In this document: positions 7,292-16,672 of the stretch, in pieces
Layout of the letters: every line of letters begins with the position of its first letter
Position numbering within the stretch: position 1 is the first letter of the stretch
From: an uncultured Actinomycetes bacterium
Lineage (GTDB): Bacteria; Actinomycetota; Thermoleophilia; Gaiellales; Gaiellaceae
NCBI GenBank assembly: GCA_963821365.1
Contig: CAWGDT010000026.1
Location: 19,295-83,294 of the forward strand
Direction: 5' to 3'
Length of the DNA: 64,000 bases
Notes under the pieces: model-generated
Databases searched by the model: none
Told to the model about the DNA's origin: nothing
Seen by the model: the letters and a program-made list of their open reading frames with translations, nothing else
Made by a program: the position numbers and the translations under genes

Positions 7292-8722
7292 GTGATCCTG
7301 GCCATCGACCAGGGGACGACCGGGACGACCTGCCTCGTCGTCGACGACGAGCTGCGCGCGATCGGGCGCGGGTACCGGGAGATCCGGCAGTCGTTCCCTC
7401 AGCCGGGGTGGGTCGAGCACGATCCCGAGGAGATCTGGGCGAGCGTCGAGCAGACCGCCGCCGAGGCGCTCGCCGCGGCAGGCATCCGCGCGAGCGACCT
7501 GGCGGCGATCGGGATCACGAACCAGCGCGAGACGACGGTCGTCTGGGAGCGGGCCACCGGGCGGCCCGTGCATCCGGCGATCGTGTGGCAGGACCGGCGT
7601 ACGGCGGAGCGCTGCGCCGAGCTGCCGTCGCAGCTGATCCGCGAGCGGACCGGGCTCGTCCCCGACCCGTACTTCTCGGCCACGAAGCTCGAGTGGATCC
7701 TCGCGCGCAGCGAGCTCGGGGCGGGTGAGCTTGCGTTCGGGACGGTCGACTCGTGGCTCACCTGGAAGCTGACGGGCGGCGCCGCGCACGTCACCGACGT
7801 GACGAACGCATCGCGGACGATGCTCCTCGATCTCGCCGCCGGCGCCTGGGACGACGAGCTGCTGGCGCTGTTCGGCGTCGACCGGGCGGTCCTCCCACAG
7901 GTCGTACCGTCGTCCGGTGTCGTCGCCGAGGCGTCGCTCCTGGGTGCGCAGGTCCCGATCGCGGGGATCGCCGGCGACCAGCAGGCGGCGCTCTTCGGCC
8001 AGGGCTGCTTCGTCCCCGGCGAGGCGAAGGCGACGTACGGGACGGGGACGTTCGTGCTCGTCGCGCTCGGCGAGGAGCCTGGTGAGCCGGCGGCGGGGTT
8101 GCTGACGACGGCCGCGGCGGTCGCCCCCGGCACCGCCCGGCGATTCGCGGCAGAGGGCTCGGTGCTCGTGGGCGGCGCAGCGCTGCAGTGGCTCCGCGAC
8201 GGGCTCGGCGTGATCGCGTCGGCGGCGGAGAGCGAGCGGCTCGCGACGAGCGTCGACTCGAGCGGCGGCGTGACGTTCGTCCCCGCGCTCACAGGGCTCG
8301 GGTCGCCGCAGTGGCGGCCCGACGCGCGAGGGCTGATCTGCGGGCTGACGCGCGGGACGACGCGCGCCCACCTCGTGCGAGCGGCACTCGAGGCGGTCGC
8401 GCATCAGGTCGCGGACGTGCTCGACGCGCTGCCGCTCGACGTCGCGGTGCTGCGGGCGGACGGCGGCGCGACCGCCAACGGCTTCCTGATGCAGCTTCAG
8501 GCCGACCTGCTCGGCTGCCCCGTCGAGGTCGCAGCCGACGCGGACGCGACCGCGCTCGGCGCGGCCGCGCTGGCCGGGCTCGGCGCCGGGACCTGGTCGA
8601 GCCCCGACGAGGTCACGGCCATGATCCGCCGCGGAGCGCGGTACGAGCCGCGGATGCCGCGTGAGGACGTCGAACGCCTGCGTGGCGCGTGGCGCGACGC
8701 GCTGCGCCGCGTGCTCGTGTAG
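7292..8722 (+). CDS. glpK: Glycerol kinase
   Basis: ILAIDQGTTGT, QPGWVEHDPEEIW, GITNQRETT, WQDRRT, PYFSATK, GDQQAALFGQ, KATYGTG, VPALTGLGSP, DGGATAN. Confidence 0.93.
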   Translation: MILAIDQGTTGTTCLVVDDELRAIGRGYREIRQSFPQPGWVEHDPEEIWASVEQTAAEALAAAGIRASDLAAIGITNQRETTVVWERATGRPVHPAIVWQDRRTAERCAELPSQLIRERTGLVPDPYFSATKLEWILARSELGAGELAFGTVDSWLTWKLTGGAAHVTDVTNASRTMLLDLAAGAWDDELLALFGVDRAVLPQVVPSSGVVAEASLLGAQVPIAGIAGDQQAALFGQGCFVPGEAKATYGTGTFVLVALGEEPGEPAAGLLTTAAAVAPGTARRFAAEGSVLVGGAALQWLRDGLGVIASAAESERLATSVDSSGGVTFVPALTGLGSPQWRPDARGLICGLTRGTTRAHLVRAALEAVAHQVADVLDALPLDVAVLRADGGATANGFLMQLQADLLGCPVEVAADADATALGAAALAGLGAGTWSSPDEVTAMIRRGARYEPRMPREDVERLRGAWRDALRRVLV

Positions 8723-8809
8723 GGCTAGCCGTACCCCACGACGCCGGTTCGCTCCCGGTCCAGCCCGGTGGACGGCAGCCACCCTCGGAGGAGCGATCCG
8801 AAGGAGGCG

Positions 8810-10282
8810 ATGAGCGTGGAGACGACGAGCGCGGTCGACGGCGGCGTGTTCGGCGGGGAGCGGCGGAGGTGGTGGACGCTCGCGGCGGTGTCGCTCGGGC
8901 TCTTCATGATCATGCTCGACAACACGGTCGTGAACGTCGCGCTGCCGTCGATCCAGGACTCGCTCGGGCTGTCGCTGTCCGAGCTGGAATGGGTCGTGAC
9001 CGGCTACGCGCTCACGTTCGCCGCGTTCATGCTGACCGGCGGCAAGCTCGCCGACCTGCTCGGGCGCCGGCTCGTGTTCGTCGCGGGTCTCGTCGTGTTC
9101 ACAGCCGCCTCGCTCGCGTGCGGCCTCGCAGGCAGCGCCGACATGCTGATCGGCGCCCGCGTCGTCCAGGGAATCGGCGCGGCGCTGATGAACCCGGCAA
9201 CGCTCTCGATCATCACCGCGACGTTCCCGCCGCGCCAGCGCGGCACGGCGATCGGCATCTGGGCGGGCGTCTCGGCGCTCGCGCTCGCCATCGGGCCGCT
9301 CGTCGGAGGTCTTCTCTCCGAGCACGTCGACTGGAGCTGGATCTTCTTCGTCAACGTCCCCGTCGGCGTGATCGCGGTCGTCGCCGCGTTCGTCTTCATC
9401 GACGAGTCGCGCGACAGGTCGAGCAACCAGCGCCCGGACGTCGCCGGGCTCGTCACCTCGGGCGTGGGGCTCTTCGCGCTGACGTACGCGCTGATCGAGG
9501 CGAACAGCCACGGGTGGGGCTCCACCCGCATCATCGCCGCGTTCGCCCTGGCGGGAGCCTCGCTGGCGACGTTCGTCGCGCTCGAGTTGCGGCAGCGGCG
9601 GCCGATGCTCGACCTGACGCTGTTCCGCAACCCGACCTTCTCGGGCGCGAACGTGTCGATGCTGCTCGTGGCGCTGGCGATGTTCGGCGTGTTCTTCTAC
9701 GTCTCGCTCTACGTGCAGCAGATCCTCGGCTACTCACCGGTGGAGGCGGGTGCGAGCTTCCTCCCCGCGACCATCCTGATCGCGGCGCTCTCGCCGCAGA
9801 TCGGCCGTCTCGTCGACCGCGTCGGCTCTCGCTGGCTGACGGGAGGCGGCATGACGCTGCTCGCGCTCTCGCTCGTGGTCTTTTCGCGGCTCGGCACCGG
9901 CTCGGGCTACTGGGACATCCTCCCGGGTCTCGTGCTGATGGGCGTCGGCATGGCGCTGACGATGACGCCGACGACCGCAGCAGCGATGAGCTCCGTCCCC
10001 CGCGACCAGGCGGGCGTCGGCTCCGCCGTCCTGAACAGCATGCGCCAGGTCGGCGGCTCGCTCGGTATCGCGGTCACCGGGGCGATCGTCGCGCACGTGA
10101 GCGCGGCGTCGCTGGCCGCGGGGGACACTCGACCGGACGCGTTCGTCCACGGCTTCCAGCGCGGTCTCGAGGTAGCTGCCGCGATCGCGCTCGCGGGCGC
10201 GGTAGTCGCGGTCGCGACGATGCGGACGCACCGGCAGCGCGAGCTTCCGGTCGAGGAGCCGGCACTTCAGGAAGCAGCGTGA
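8810..10282 (+). CDS. DHA2-family 14-TMS MFS efflux transporter
   Basis: MIMLDNTVVNVALPSI, GGKLADLLGRR, GPLVGG, WSWIFFVNVPVG. RBS aaggagg before ATG 8810. Confidence 0.92.
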   Translation: MSVETTSAVDGGVFGGERRRWWTLAAVSLGLFMIMLDNTVVNVALPSIQDSLGLSLSELEWVVTGYALTFAAFMLTGGKLADLLGRRLVFVAGLVVFTAASLACGLAGSADMLIGARVVQGIGAALMNPATLSIITATFPPRQRGTAIGIWAGVSALALAIGPLVGGLLSEHVDWSWIFFVNVPVGVIAVVAAFVFIDESRDRSSNQRPDVAGLVTSGVGLFALTYALIEANSHGWGSTRIIAAFALAGASLATFVALELRQRRPMLDLTLFRNPTFSGANVSMLLVALAMFGVFFYVSLYVQQILGYSPVEAGASFLPATILIAALSPQIGRLVDRVGSRWLTGGGMTLLALSLVVFSRLGTGSGYWDILPGLVLMGVGMALTMTPTTAAAMSSVPRDQAGVGSAVLNSMRQVGGSLGIAVTGAIVAHVSAASLAAGDTRPDAFVHGFQRGLEVAAAIALAGAVVAVATMRTHRQRELPVEEPALQEAA

Positions 10283-10311
10283 GGTTCGCGCCGCGGTCGG
10301 AAACGGCCGGA

Positions 10312-10388
10312 GGTGTCCGACTTCAAGTCGGACACCGAGCGGCCCCGACGCGGCTGCACGCGGACGTGTCCGACTTCAAGTCGGACAC
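10312..10388. repeat. Pair of REP-like palindromes
   Basis: GGTGTCCGAC-TTCAA-GTCGGACACC (10312-10336) and GTGTCCGAC-TTCAA-GTCGGACAC (10366-10388), lying between convergent genes. Confidence 0.8.
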
Positions 10389-10397
10389 CTGGGATGC

Positions 10398-10727
10398 TCA
10401 GGCGCGCTGGACGCTCACCGCGGTCCCGTACGCGGCGACCTCGGTCATGTTGCTCCCGAGCTCGTTGCAGTCGAAGCGCATCGCGATCACGGCGTTGGCG
10501 CCCGCCTCGCGCGCAGCGTCGCGGAGCCGCTCGACCGCCTGCAGGCGGCTGTCCGCGAGCATCTTCGTGTAGCCCTTCACCTCGCCTCCGACCAGCCCCT
10601 TGAGGCTCGCGCCGATGTCCGCGCCGATGTTTCGGCTGCGGACGGTGAGGCCGAAGACCTCGCCGTAGACCTGGGCGACCCTGTAGCCGGGCAGGTCGTT
10701 CATGGTGGTGACGATCATGTCGGACAT
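10398..10727 (-). CDS. YbjQ (UPF0145) family protein
   Basis: IVTTMNDLPGYRV...GEVFGLTVRSRNIG...GGEVKGYTKML...GANAVIAMRFD...EVAAYGTAV. Confidence 0.93.
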   Translation of the reverse strand: MSDMIVTTMNDLPGYRVAQVYGEVFGLTVRSRNIGADIGASLKGLVGGEVKGYTKMLADSRLQAVERLRDAAREAGANAVIAMRFDCNELGSNMTEVAAYGTAVSVQRA

Positions 10728-10971
10728 GCGCTCTCCCTCTCGGTTGTGGCGGGCGTCGCCACGACGCTACCGAGCCGAGCAGGCATGCGACAGCGGGCCG
10801 GGCGGCGGCGGCCCGGACCGCTCGTCTGCACGGGGGACGCGGCGCAGGCAAGCCGCGCCCCCCGCGTAGTGCGGCGTACGGTACGACGTGCTCCGGCCCG
10901 CAGGCATCGTCCGTTCGGACGAGGCGAGCGGAGGAGGTGTCCCCGGCACCGTCGTCGTGCAGACTGGGCGT

Positions 10972-11391
10972 GTGGCGACCATGCAGGACCTCGACGAGCT
11001 CGCGCTCGCGATGCCGCAGGCGACCAAGGGTGTCTCCGACGACGGGCGCCCCTCCTATGCGGTGCACGGCAAGGTCTTCTGCTGGCACCGGAGCCCGCGG
11101 CCGGACGCGGTCGACGCCGAGACGGGCGAGCGCCTCGACGACGTGCTCGTGTTCAACGTCGCCGATCTCGGCGAGAAGGAGATCATGCTCGCCGACGAGC
11201 GCGGCGTGCTCTTCACGACGCCGCACTGGAACGGGTACAAGGCGGTGCTGATGCGAATCGGAGACCTCGAGCGCATCGACCGCGAGGAGCTGCGCGACCT
11301 CGTCGGCGAGGCGTGGCTGACCCGGGCGCAGAAACGGGTCGCAAAGGCGTGGCTCGCCGAGCAGGGGATCGACGCGGAGGCGAGCGGCTAG
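10972..11391 (+). CDS. MmcQ/YjbR-family protein
   Basis: ELALAMPQAT...GRPSYAVHGKVF...FTTPHWNGYKAVL...ELRDLVGEAW. Confidence 0.85.
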   Translation: MATMQDLDELALAMPQATKGVSDDGRPSYAVHGKVFCWHRSPRPDAVDAETGERLDDVLVFNVADLGEKEIMLADERGVLFTTPHWNGYKAVLMRIGDLERIDREELRDLVGEAWLTRAQKRVAKAWLAEQGIDAEASG

Positions 11392-11533
11392 GGAGTCGAG
11401 GCGCGCTCGGGACTTGCTCTCGTATGCCGCACGCAGACATGTCACACTCGTCACGAGGACGGAAGATCCTGGCGTGACGCTCCGTCTCGTGGGAAGGTGC
11501 CGCACCCTGCGGCGATGACAGAAGGGAGGCTCC

Positions 11534-12757
11534 ATGGAGAGCACTGGGACGGGCGCAGCGGCGATGCTCGTCGGCTCGGCCGAGGACGTAGGGGAACGTC
11601 CGGACGCCGCCACGATCACGCTCGAGCGCGAGGAGATCGAGGAGGCGCTGGCGTCCGACGCGCCACTCGACCTGATCCTCTCGGTGAAGGCAGGGGACGG
11701 CGAGCCGCGCGACCTGCGCGTCGCCTGGCAGCGCGGAGACCTCGAGACCGTGCTCGGAAACGTCGACGCGGGCCCCGTGACGTTCTCGTTCGACCGGGCC
11801 GAGCTCTCCAAGGCGCTCGAGCACCCGGACTTCGAGGGGCACGGGATGCGCGAGATCGTGCTGCTCGTCGCGGCCGCGTCGTCCTCGGCTGCGCTGATGG
11901 CCTCGACCGCGTCGGCCCAGGTCCTCGACGCAGGCGGCGGCGGGAACATCGGGGCCGTCATGGACGTGAGCGGAGGCGGCAGCGGCGCAGGCTCCGTCAT
12001 GGACGTGAGCGGAGGCGGCAGCGGCGCAGGCTCCGTCATGGACGTGAGCGGAGGCGGCAGCGGCGCAGGCTCCGTCATGGACGTGAGCGGAGGCGGCAGC
12101 GGCGCAGGCTCCGTCATGGACGTGAGCGGAGGCGGCAGCGGCGCAGGCTCCGTCATGGACGTGAGCGGTGGCGGCAGCGGTGCCGGGGCAGCAGTCGTCC
12201 CGGGCCACGACGAGGCGTCGACCGCAAGCGCTCTCGGCGCCGGTGGCGTGGTCGTCCCCGGGCACGACGAGGCTGCGACGGCGGGCGTGCTCGCGGCGTC
12301 GGCGGCGACGCACGACGAGGCCGGCTCGACCGCCCGCGGCATCGGTCAGACGGTGCCGGGGAACGACGAGGCGACGCTGATGGCTCGCGGTGTCGACCCG
12401 GCGATCGCGACCGCGATCGGCAGCGGCGATGCCACGACGGCGCGCGACCTCGCGACGCCGGCAATCCACGACGAGGCGGGCCTCCAGGCTCGCGGCGTCG
12501 GTCAGACGGTGCCGGGGAACGACGAGGCGACGCTCATCGACCGCGGCATCGACCCCGCGATCGCGACCGCGATCGGGACGGGCGACGCGACGACTGCGCG
12601 CGATCTCGCGACACCGGCCACGGCGGACTCCGGGACGTCGTTCGAGCTGCCGTCGGTCGACGCCGGAACCGCGGCGGTCGTCGGTGGGCTCGCAGGCGCG
12701 GGGCTGCTCGTCCTCGGCGGCGCGTTCGCCGTTCGTAGGCGGGTCACGCCCGTCTGA
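11534..12757 (+). CDS. Hypothetical membrane-anchored repeat protein
   Basis: Acidic N-terminal domain, internal signal-like stretch (IVLLVAAASSSAALMASTASA), 13-aa and 52-aa repeats, then a C-terminal TM helix followed by RRR. RBS gggagg. Confidence 0.75.
   Translation: MESTGTGAAAMLVGSAEDVGERPDAATITLEREEIEEALASDAPLDLILSVKAGDGEPRDLRVAWQRGDLETVLGNVDAGPVTFSFDRAELSKALEHPDFEGHGMREIVLLVAAASSSAALMASTASAQVLDAGGGGNIGAVMDVSGGGSGAGSVMDVSGGGSGAGSVMDVSGGGSGAGSVMDVSGGGSGAGSVMDVSGGGSGAGSVMDVSGGGSGAGAAVVPGHDEASTASALGAGGVVVPGHDEAATAGVLAASAATHDEAGSTARGIGQTVPGNDEATLMARGVDPAIATAIGSGDATTARDLATPAIHDEAGLQARGVGQTVPGNDEATLIDRGIDPAIATAIGTGDATTARDLATPATADSGTSFELPSVDAGTAAVVGGLAGAGLLVLGGAFAVRRRVTPV
11957..12190 (+). repeat. 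39-bp tandem repeat (VMDVSGGGSGAGS), five identical copies plus one variant
   Basis: Unit gtcatggacgtgagcggaggcggcagcggcgcaggctcc starts at 11957, 11996, 12035, 12074 and 12113, with a variant at 12152. Confidence 0.95.
12308..12619 (+). repeat. 156-bp (52-aa) tandem duplication
   Basis: Two copies of HDEAG..ARG(I/V)GQTVPGNDEATL..RG(V/I)DPAIATAIG.GDATTARDLATPA, with cacgacgag at 12311 and 12467. Confidence 0.9.
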
Positions 12758-12768
12758 CGCGCAGGCTT

Positions 12769-12803
12769 GCCGGAGGGCCGCTGGGTGGCGGCGGCCCTCC
12801 GGC
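12769..12803. terminator. Hairpin between convergent genes, probable bidirectional terminator
   Basis: 13-bp perfect stem GCCGGAGGGCCGC/GCGGCCCTCCGGC with a 9-nt loop and no clear U-tract. Confidence 0.6.
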
Positions 12804-12875
12804 GTCGGCCTCATCCCCTCGGCGAGGAGCATGCGGTGAGCTCGTGGCCGTCGGACCTTGAGTCTGCGCTTGCGC

Positions 12876-13508
12876 TCAGCGGTGGCGCCAGCGGGACTCG
12901 AGCGTTGCCATGTCGAGGCGCTCTGCCGCTTCGAGGGCCTTCCAGGCAGCCTTGCGGGTGTCCTTGCCGATCGCGCCGCGGAAGAGCCACTTGCGAACGA
13001 GCCGTCCCAGGGGAAGCTCGCGCGTCGGCACGGGCGTGCGGCCCGGCGAGAGGTAGAGCGCGAGCGTCAGCCGCTTGACGAGCGCCGGGTCCGCGGGGCG
13101 GCCGGTCTCCTGCTCGAGTCGGTGCGCGACGAGCGAGCCGAGGACGCGCACCTCGCGCACGCCGGCGCGGAGCGTCACGACGAGCGAGGCGGTCGTGCTG
13201 GCGACGAGCACCCAGGGGACCCGCGGGAGGAACCGCGAGCTCCGGGCGAGCGTCCGCACGACAGGGGTCGCGATCATCGCGACGCGCTGGACACGGTCCG
13301 CCACGTCCTCGGTGTCGTCGTCGAGGGCAATCAGTCGCTTGCCCTCCACCGCCGACGTGACGCGCTCGGGGCTCAGGAGAATCCGGTCGATCAGCTGGTC
13401 GAAGAGCCCGCCGACGGCGTCGAGCAATCTGCGGTCGCGTTCCGGCTCCGGATCCGGGACGCGCGTCGCGAGCGTTCCCTCTGGCAGGTCGGGGAGCTTC
13501 GGCGCCAT
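12876..13508 (-). CDS. Hypothetical protein
   Basis: MAPKLPDLPEGTLATRVPDPEPERDRRLLDAVGGLFDQLIDRILL... Plausible composition, GC3-rich frame, directly downstream of the PLDc_N-like gene. Confidence 0.7.
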   Translation of the reverse strand: MAPKLPDLPEGTLATRVPDPEPERDRRLLDAVGGLFDQLIDRILLSPERVTSAVEGKRLIALDDDTEDVADRVQRVAMIATPVVRTLARSSRFLPRVPWVLVASTTASLVVTLRAGVREVRVLGSLVAHRLEQETGRPADPALVKRLTLALYLSPGRTPVPTRELPLGRLVRKWLFRGAIGKDTRKAAWKALEAAERLDMATLESRWRHR

Positions 13509-13513
13509 CGCTC

Positions 13514-13738
13514 TCACGTTGCCACGGGCCGCCGGCCGACGATCAGGTAGAGCGGTGGTCCGATCGGCTGTACGAAGACCGCCGCGCACCAGAGCGCCTT
13601 CGGGCCGCGAACGAGCTCACCGGGCCGGCGGAGGAGGTCGCGCAGCGAGTAGGCCGTCACGACGACCTCGGCGAGCCCTCCGGCGAGGATCGCCGCTCGG
13701 GCACCAGGGGAGAGCTCCGACCAGCGCTTCTTCGCCAC
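13514..13738 (-). CDS. Small membrane protein, PLD nuclease N-terminal (PLDc_N)-like
   Basis: MAKKRWSEL...YSLRDLLRRPGELVRGPKALW...VQPIGPPLYLIVGRR matches the two-helix PLDc_N pattern (RGPKxxW...GPxxYxxxGR). Confidence 0.75.
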   Translation of the reverse strand: MAKKRWSELSPGARAAILAGGLAEVVVTAYSLRDLLRRPGELVRGPKALWCAAVFVQPIGPPLYLIVGRRPVAT

Positions 13739-13797
13739 GCCGACACGGTACCGACACGCGTCTGGGGCGATGCCGGCCGGGAATCCCCGGGAGAACG

Positions 13798-13827
13798 CAG
13801 AGAGCCCGGCATCCGCCGGGCTCTCTG
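13798..13827 (-). terminator. Probable intrinsic terminator of the MFS gene
   Basis: 12-bp perfect stem CAGAGAGCCCGG/CCGGGCTCTCTG with a 6-nt loop, 18 nt past the stop codon. Confidence 0.65.
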
Positions 13828-13844
13828 GTCTCGAGCGAGAGGTC

Positions 13845-15296
13845 CTACGCGGCTTCGGCGAACGCCGGCTCCGCATCCGTCTCATAGGCCGGGGCGACCG
13901 CGAGCTCGTCCTTGCGGACCAGCACGAGCGAGGCGAGAACGCCGATCGCCGCGACGCCTGCACCGACCCAGAACGCCGCCTGGAAGCCGGACGTGAGCGC
14001 CTGCGGCACTGCGTCGCCGGCCTTCGCCGCGTCGGTCGTGTGCGCGACCGCCACCGACGAGAGCACGGCGATGCCGAGCGCGCCGCCGATCTGCTGCGAC
14101 GTGTTGATCAGGCCGGACGCGAGGCCCGCATCCTTCGCCTGGATGCCCGCGAGCGCCGCGATCGAGATCGAGACGAACGCGAACGCCATCCCCATCGCGA
14201 TCACGAGGAAGCCGGGCAGGAGGTCGCCGAGGTACGAGCCGCCGACCGACACCTGCGTGAAGTACAGGAGGCCGACGGTCAGCAGGCTCATCCCCGTCAC
14301 GAGCACGGGCTTGACGCCGACGCGGGTCACGAGCTGCTGCGCGACCATCGCCCAGACGATCGACGTGCCGGCGACGGCGATGTACGCGATGCCCGTCTCG
14401 AGCGGCGAGTACCCGAGCACCTGCTGCATGTAGAGCGTCAGCATCAGGAACATCGAGAAGAGCGCCGTGCCGAGGATGAACCCGGCGATGTTCGCGCCCG
14501 CGACCGTCTTGATCCGGAAGATCGAGAACGACATCAGCGGGTGCTCGGCGACCGTCTCGCGGACGACGAAGCCGACGAGCAGCGCGGCGGCCGCGGCGAA
14601 GACGCCGATCGTCCGCCCGGAGCTCCAGCCCCAGTCGTTCGCCTGCGTGATCCCGAACACCGCCGCCGAGAGGCCGCCGGTGACGAGCACGGCACCGAGC
14701 GCGTCGAAGCCCTTCGTCGTGATGTCGCGGCTCTCACCGAGGAGCACGGGCGCGAGCGCCAGCGCGGTGATCCCGACCGGGATGTTGAGGAAGAAGATCC
14801 ACTCCCAGCTCAGGAGGTCGGTGAAGACGCCGCCGAGCAGCACGCCCGCGGCGGCCCCGAAGCCGCCCACCGCGCCCCAGACGCCGAGCGCGATGTTGCG
14901 CTCCTTCCCTTCCGCGAAGGTCGTCATGAGGATCGAGAGCGCCGCCGGGGCGATGATCGCCGCGCCGAGGCCCTGGACGGCCCGGGCGCCGATCAGCGAG
15001 GACTCGCTCCACGCGAGCGCCGCGAGGAGCGAGGCCGACGTGAACACGACGAGCCCCACGATGAACATGCGCCGACGGCCGAGGATGTCGGCGGCGCGCC
15101 CGCCCAGGAGCAGGAAGCCCCCGAAGACGAGCGCGTAGGCGCTGATCACCCACTGGAGGTTCTCCTGCGAGAAGCCCAGGTCGACCTTGATCGACGGGAG
15201 GGCGACGTTCACGATCGCAATGTCGAGGACGAGCATGAACTGGACGACGCTCAGGAGCGCCAGCGCAAACCACTTGTGTTTTCCGGTAGCAACCAT
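13845..15296 (-). CDS. DHA2-family 14-TMS MFS transporter
   Basis: FMLVLDIAIVNVALPSI, LLLGGRAADILGRRR, ERNIALGVWG, WEWIFFLNIPVG. Confidence 0.92.
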   Translation of the reverse strand: MVATGKHKWFALALLSVVQFMLVLDIAIVNVALPSIKVDLGFSQENLQWVISAYALVFGGFLLLGGRAADILGRRRMFIVGLVVFTSASLLAALAWSESSLIGARAVQGLGAAIIAPAALSILMTTFAEGKERNIALGVWGAVGGFGAAAGVLLGGVFTDLLSWEWIFFLNIPVGITALALAPVLLGESRDITTKGFDALGAVLVTGGLSAAVFGITQANDWGWSSGRTIGVFAAAAALLVGFVVRETVAEHPLMSFSIFRIKTVAGANIAGFILGTALFSMFLMLTLYMQQVLGYSPLETGIAYIAVAGTSIVWAMVAQQLVTRVGVKPVLVTGMSLLTVGLLYFTQVSVGGSYLGDLLPGFLVIAMGMAFAFVSISIAALAGIQAKDAGLASGLINTSQQIGGALGIAVLSSVAVAHTTDAAKAGDAVPQALTSGFQAAFWVGAGVAAIGVLASLVLVRKDELAVAPAYETDAEPAFAEAA

Positions 15297-15358
15297 GCGT
15301 GCGTCACCTTTCCGTTCGCTTGATGACCCGACGCTAGCCCTACACTTGCTAATCGAAA

Positions 15359-15415
15359 GTACGGTCTTCCGTACAAAGAGTGCGGACAACCGAACCCTCA
15401 CCGAGGGCATACAAT
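15359..15415 (+). promoter_or_regulatory. Divergent promoter region with inverted repeat and -10 box
   Basis: GTACGG-TCTT-CCGTAC (15359-15374) in an AT-richer patch. TACAAT at 15410-15415 lies 6 nt before GTG 15422. Confidence 0.5.
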
Positions 15416-15421
15416 GCGGGT

Positions 15422-16097
15422 GTGAAGCGCTACGGCCAGTACTGCCCCGTCGCACACGCGCTCGACCAGATCGGCGACCGCTGGGAGCTGCTCGTGGTCC
15501 GGGAGCTGATGCTCGGCCAGCGGCGGTACACCGATCTAGCCGACGCGCTGCCGGGGATCGGCTCGAACATCCTCGCCTCGCGCCTGCGTGACCTCGAGAG
15601 CGCCGGCATCGTGCGCAAGACGAAGCTGCCGCCTCCGTGGGCGGTGACCGTGTACGAGCTCACCGAGCACGGCCGGGAGCTCGAGCCGGTGCTTCGCTCG
15701 CTCGCCCGGTGGGGCGCCAGCACGCTCGGCGCACCGGACCCGGGCGACTGCTGGAGCATGTACGCCGTGCACGTCCGCTTCCGGCCGGAGGCCGCGGTGG
15801 ACGGCACCTACGAGATCCGCTTCGTCGACGGCGAGACGATCTCGATGCACGTCGCCGACGGCGACCTCGTCGCGAGGAAGCTGCCCGCCGAGACACCCGA
15901 CCTCGTGGTCGAGGCGCAGCCGGAGGCGCTGCACGGGCTCATCCAGGGATCCGTCAGCAGGCGGGAAGCACTCGCCGACGGGCACGTGCGCATCCTCGCC
16001 GGCTCGGAGCAGCAGCTCTGGGACCTCGTGGCCATGTTCGCGCCGGCCGAAGCCGACACTGCGGCCGAAGCCGGACACGGCCGTCGCGGCGGCGTAG
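15422..16097 (+). CDS. HxlR-family winged-helix regulator with SCP2-like C-terminal domain (apparent +1 frameshift near 16073)
   Basis: YGQYCPVAHALDQIGDRWELLVVREL...RRYTDL...LPGIGSNILASRLRDL...YELT. Removing one G in the second gccgaagccg(g)acac copy gives ...AEADTAVAAA* ending at TAG 16097. Confidence 0.85.
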
Positions 16098-16192
16098 GGT
16101 CGGGCCGCGCGGGCGGCACCGGCGCGGGTCTTGCAGCACGCCCACGGTGTCGTCGCGTACCCGCCGACGTGCTTCCCGGGCATGATCACGTC

Positions 16193-16672
16193 GTGGCAGC
16201 GAGGTCACGAGACGTCCAGGACGGACAGCGCGAACGGGCCATGCAATTCGTCGTCAACTCGCTCGCGGCGAAGGCGCAGTCGGTCGCGGAGATCGAGCAG
16301 AAGCTCGCCGGGCGGGGCGTGCCGCCCGACATCGCCGAGGCCGTGATCGCCGAGGCGCTGCGGCTTCGCTACCTCGACGACGCCGAGCTGGCGGGACAGC
16401 TCGCCCGCGGGTTCCGCGACCGACGGTACGGCCGGCGCCGGGCGGCCGCGGCGATGCGGCGACGTGGCCTGCCGCCGGAGCGACGCGACGCGGCGCTCGA
16501 GGCGGCTTTCGAGGACGCCGACGAGGCGTCCCTTGCGGCCGCCGCGCTCGGATCGAGGCGGATCACGGACGCGAAGGACGAGCGCCGAGCCGTGGCCTTC
16601 CTCCTGCGCCGCGGGTTCTCGACCGGCGCGGCGTGGTCGGCCGTCCGGACTCGAGCCGCGGGAGACACGTGA
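16193..16672 (+). CDS. recX: Regulatory protein RecX
   Basis: SVAEIEQKLAGRG...LRYLDDAELA...YGRRRAAAAMRRRGL...RAVAFLLRRGFS. The start is uncertain (16193 GTG or 16241 ATG). Confidence 0.8.
   Translation: MAARSRDVQDGQRERAMQFVVNSLAAKAQSVAEIEQKLAGRGVPPDIAEAVIAEALRLRYLDDAELAGQLARGFRDRRYGRRRAAAAMRRRGLPPERRDAALEAAFEDADEASLAAAALGSRRITDAKDERRAVAFLLRRGFSTGAAWSAVRTRAAGDT

Noticed and set aside
8725-8805. Guanidine-II-like or other riboswitch before the MFS gene
   Set aside because: Short hairpins exist (GGTGG-ACGGCAG-CCACC) but lack the paired ACGR tetraloops. No aptamer consensus was recognised.
10312-10388. Two palindromic ~24-bp repeats with a 29-bp spacer as a mini CRISPR array (also 48718-48793)
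   Set aside because: Only two units per locus, no cas genes or leader, fully palindromic, and positioned between convergent stops. REP-like is the better fit.
11810-11860. DFEGH as a RiPP leader motif
   Set aside because: It is embedded in a 407-aa membrane protein, and no modifying enzymes or peptide transporter are nearby.
15380-16672. 430-aa HxlR-RecX fusion in the ORF track
   Set aside because: One extra G near 16073 bypasses a TAG at 16095-16097. The joining segment is low-complexity non-coding sequence.
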